A stretch of 64,000 nucleotides of DNA, from NCBI GenBank assembly GCA_002269645.1, contig NIVC01000538.1, positions 372,001 through 436,000 of the forward strand. Direction: 5' to 3'. The notes below the pieces were generated by a model. That model saw nothing but the letters and a program-made list of their open reading frames with translations, was not told where the DNA came from and did no database searches. This stretch comes from Macrostomum lignano (taxonomy: Eukaryota). The position numbers and the translations under genes were made by a program. Below, piece by piece: positions 60,786 through 64,000 of the stretch; position 1 is the stretch's first letter; every line of letters starts with the position of its first letter.

Positions 60786-61279
60786 TATCGCGATCTCAGC
60801 AGCAGTTCCTCCTGCCTTCTACCCAGTTAATTTGTATGCAACTCTCGCAGAATTTCTATTTGCCAAGTTGCCCCCAATCTCTCTTCGCCCGCTCCTCGCT
60901 AACAGCATCAATCACGGCAGGGGTTCAGAAGCAACAGCAGTCGCCTCTCTCGGGGAAATACGAATCTCGGGGGGGGGGATGGGATTTTTATCCCCGAGAA
61001 AGGCCGAGAACAGAGGGGAAAGTAAATGACTGAGAACCATTGGTTTGTTGACTGACTGCTCAAAGGTTTTGGGGAGCATTTATGTTAGTCAAACTCGAAT
61101 CGAGGTTGACTGGGACTCGAAATTTTCACACTGGCCAAATTTCCCCTGGGATTGAGGGCTGAAAATCGATTTGAACTTTTCGTGGTCACCGCCTTCCAGT
61201 TGAGTAACTGAATATTATTGCAATTGGGGAAACTTGCTCTTTTTCTAATCTCTTCGAGTCTGGAGCAAGCTTCCACTGT

Positions 61280-61557
61280 CTATGGCCTATGGTCTATGGT
61301 CTATGGTCTATGACCTATGGTCTATGACCTATGGTCTATGACCTATGGTCTATGACCTATGGCCTATGACCTATGGTCTATGACCTATGGTCTATGACCT
61401 ATGGTCTATGACCTATGGTCTATGACCTATGGTCTATGACCTATGGTCTATGACCTATGGTCTATGACCTATGGTCTATGACCTATGGTCTATGACCTAT
61501 GGTCTATGACCTATGGTCTATGACCTATAGTCGATGACCTATGGTCTATGACCTACA
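61280..61557. repeat. 14-bp repeat TATGGTCTATGACC
   Basis: Directly visible. Confidence 0.93.
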
Positions 61558-61804
61558 GTTTCTGTTCAACTATATTTGACCTCAACTTACGATGTGAAAG
61601 TCAGGACCGCTATGCTCACACACTCCCTGTGTGAGCGAGTGTTCAACCTTAAACTTAAATCAAAGTGAAAGTAAAAGTTATCTCATGTAAAGGAATTACT
61701 TTAATCTAATAATCCAAACAATTTTGCAGAATTTGTTTTCAGTGACAGAGGGAGCGCAAATTTTCATTTTTACATCAAAGCAGCCTTTTGAATAAAATTG
61801 CAAA

Positions 61805-62452
61805 TCATATCGAACTGCGATTAAAAACTGAATTGATGCTTGAGTTTAAATACTGCGATTGTCTTTCTGTTAGCATTGGTTCCGTGGACTCGCTTCCAAT
61901 TCCGGTTCCGGCTCCGGTTCCAGTTCGGGTTCCGGTTCCGGTTCCGGTTCCAGTTTCGGTTCCTGTCTCATTTCTCATCCAGATTTGGGTTCCGGTTCCG
62001 GTTCCGGTTCCAGTTCCGTTTCTCGTCCAGATTTGGGCTCCAGTTTCGGTTCCTGTTCCGGTTCCGGTTCTAGTTCCGCTTTCGAATCCATTTCCGTTTC
62101 CGGCCCAGTTTCCGGTGCCAGTTCCGCCGCATGCCTCGGAGTAGGCTGGAGGCGGAGTCGGCGGCCGCCGAATCGCGGCCAGCAGGCTGCTGACGATCGT
62201 TTCGGAGCGGTTGATGCCGCCGACGCCACCGTCGGCTACTACGTCGGCAGAGGACGGAGTGCCGGCCGCGGCGGCGGCTGCCCTCAGGCGGCGAGCCCGG
62301 GTCCACAGGATCAGCAGGCCGAGCCCGAGGGCCAGCAGCAGCGAGGAGGTCGCGGCCACCACGGCGTTCAGGCGGCCGAGATAGTGCGGGTCCCGGCGAC
62401 GCCGACTGTCCCGCGAATTCGAGCCGTCGGTTTCGTCGAAGCCGGAAAAACT

Positions 62453-62490
<38 letters not shown>

Positions 62491-63512
62491 AAGCCTTCTT
62501 TGAAGTTGGCGGCTCCGTTGCGGGCCTCCTCGGGCAGGTCCGGTTCAGCGGCACGCAGCTCCAGCTGCTGTCGCCATCCGGGCAGAGGTTCACTGGCGCC
62601 GGCCCGGTGCACGGCCCGCTGACCGCGGCTGCTGGGTCCAGGCGGTACCGCAGGCGGAGGCAGCGGCCGGCCTGTTGGTTGCAGCGGCCTCGCAGTCGGA
62701 GATAAACAGCTGGCAGCGGGGGCTCAGCAACTCCGAGCGCCACCGAGGCAACGACGCCGGTAGTTTGGTGTCGCAGCTGCACCGGCAGCCGCGGCGACGC
62801 CGATGTCGGGCCGGCCCGCGCCTCCAGCTCAAACTGGCTGTCGAAGCCGGCATCCGCCAGCAGCTCCGCGGCTGCCGGCAGCGGGCGAAGCAGCCAGACG
62901 CAATCGAATCTTGTCGCCGATGGAGGCGTCGCCAAGAACAGCCAGGCGCCGCCGCTGGAGGAGTTCCCCGTAGCAACCACCGCTGGCCAGCCGCACTGAG
63001 TCACCATCGACGTCGTTGAGCCATTTTCGGCCTCCAGCACCGCTGTCGAGACATTCAACTGGAAGCCCAACGACGGCGCCGAGTCTCGGATGTCCGCCAG
63101 CGCACCGTCGGGGTCGAGTGCGTGGAAGAGGACAGTCAGGATGCCGGTGCCGTCGGCCAGCAGCCGCTGCCGCTGCGAGTTGTCGGCCCCGGCCTCGTAT
63201 CGCCGCAGCAGCCGGGCCGACCTCGCCAGCCGGAAGTTCACCGGGTCGCCATCGAAGATCTCCAGCCTGGAGGCCGGGTGCAGCTGCAGGTCGGTAAAGT
63301 CGGCTACTACTGGGCTGGTAAGGTCGCGGTTTCGAATCTGCCATACTTGAGGCGGCAGGCCGGGCGTGGTGGGGTAGGGTCGGCCTGACAAGAAGCCGGG
63401 AGACTGCAGGAGTGCCCAGCAGGCACCCCCGTGCTGGCAGCGTCAGAAGCTTCGCCGAAGCCGCCGCGGCGCCCAGGATGAGCAGCGGCAGCGCAACCAG
63501 CTGTGTTGCCAT
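61805..63512 (-). CDS. Single-pass type I membrane protein with signal peptide, CUB-like ectodomain, Cys-rich (LDLa-like) segment, TM helix and PPxY motif; +1 frame break after the signal peptide
   Basis: ATG 63512 gives the signal peptide MATQLVALPLLILGAAAASA. The next frame (open 63442-61805) gives QSPGF..PYP..VWQI..VADFTDLQL..LEIFDG (CUB-like), CPDGDSSWSCVPLNRTC, a Pro run, TM VVAATSSLLLALGLGLLILW and PPTPPPAYSEA. The family was not identified. Confidence 0.65.
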
Positions 63513-63714
63513 GGAAACCACTGTTCTCTCCGGAAGACTCCCCAGTCTTCTCACGCTGAGTTGGCAAATTTCTAAAAGCAGGTCTCTCGAATAGCTTGGC
63601 CTCCGCCTATTGGCTGGCATTGGGTGGCGCCTCAGCTGCACTTCGGACTGCAGAGCGGCCTGGATTGTGAGCTGGCTGGGGGGCGCCACAGACCCCACAG
63701 ATCTCCGACTCCGT

Positions 63715-64000
63715 CTATCTCTCCCATGTCTATCTCTCCCATGTCTATCTCTCCCATGTCTATCTCTCCCATGTCTATCTCCCCCATGTCTATCTCTCCC
63801 ATGCCTATCTCTCCCATGTCTATCTCTCCCATGCCTATCTCTCCCATGTCTATCTCTCCCATGTCTATCTCTCCCATGCCTATCTCTCCCATGTCTATCT
63901 CTCCCATGTCTATCTCCCCCATGCCTATCTCTCCCATGTCTATCTCTCCCATGCCTATCTCTCCCATGTCTATCTCTCCCATGTCTATCTCTCCCATGTC
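63715..64000. repeat. 15-bp repeat ATCTCTCCCATGTCT, running off the window end
   Basis: Directly visible. Confidence 0.93.

Overview
Eukaryotic, intron-rich animal DNA. It has GC-rich exons with poly-Ala/Gly/Gln runs, AT-rich spacers, and introns largely filled with minisatellites. This style suggests the flatworm Macrostomum lignano or a relative (inference, not proven). Most long ORFs in the supplied track are artefacts of tandem repeats. I built spliced gene models by hand and checked exon phases. Seven genes: MADD/Rab3-GEF (+, 3' 12 exons, including a 9-nt microexon), an alpha-carbonic anhydrase (-), TMEM42 (+), DTWD1 (+), a KIAA0930 homolog (+), an SLC22 organic-cation transporter (+, 10 exons) and an intronless SLC26 anion transporter (-). 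An eighth gene is a CUB-like type I membrane protein (-). Mobile DNA includes a 5'-truncated RNase H-bearing LINE, a hAT transposase remnant and several MITE/foldback elements. Main leads: (1) an otherwise intact DTWD1 with a single in-frame UGA in its conserved core; (2) the MADD microexon; (3) a LINE flanked by a ~357-bp duplication and inserted at a telomere-like motif; (4) a possible trans-spliced TMEM42-DTWD1-KIAA0930 operon; (5) an SLC26 with Cys at both anion-site helices. Three other genes show single-base frame breaks that could be assembly errors, which tempers the recoding interpretation.
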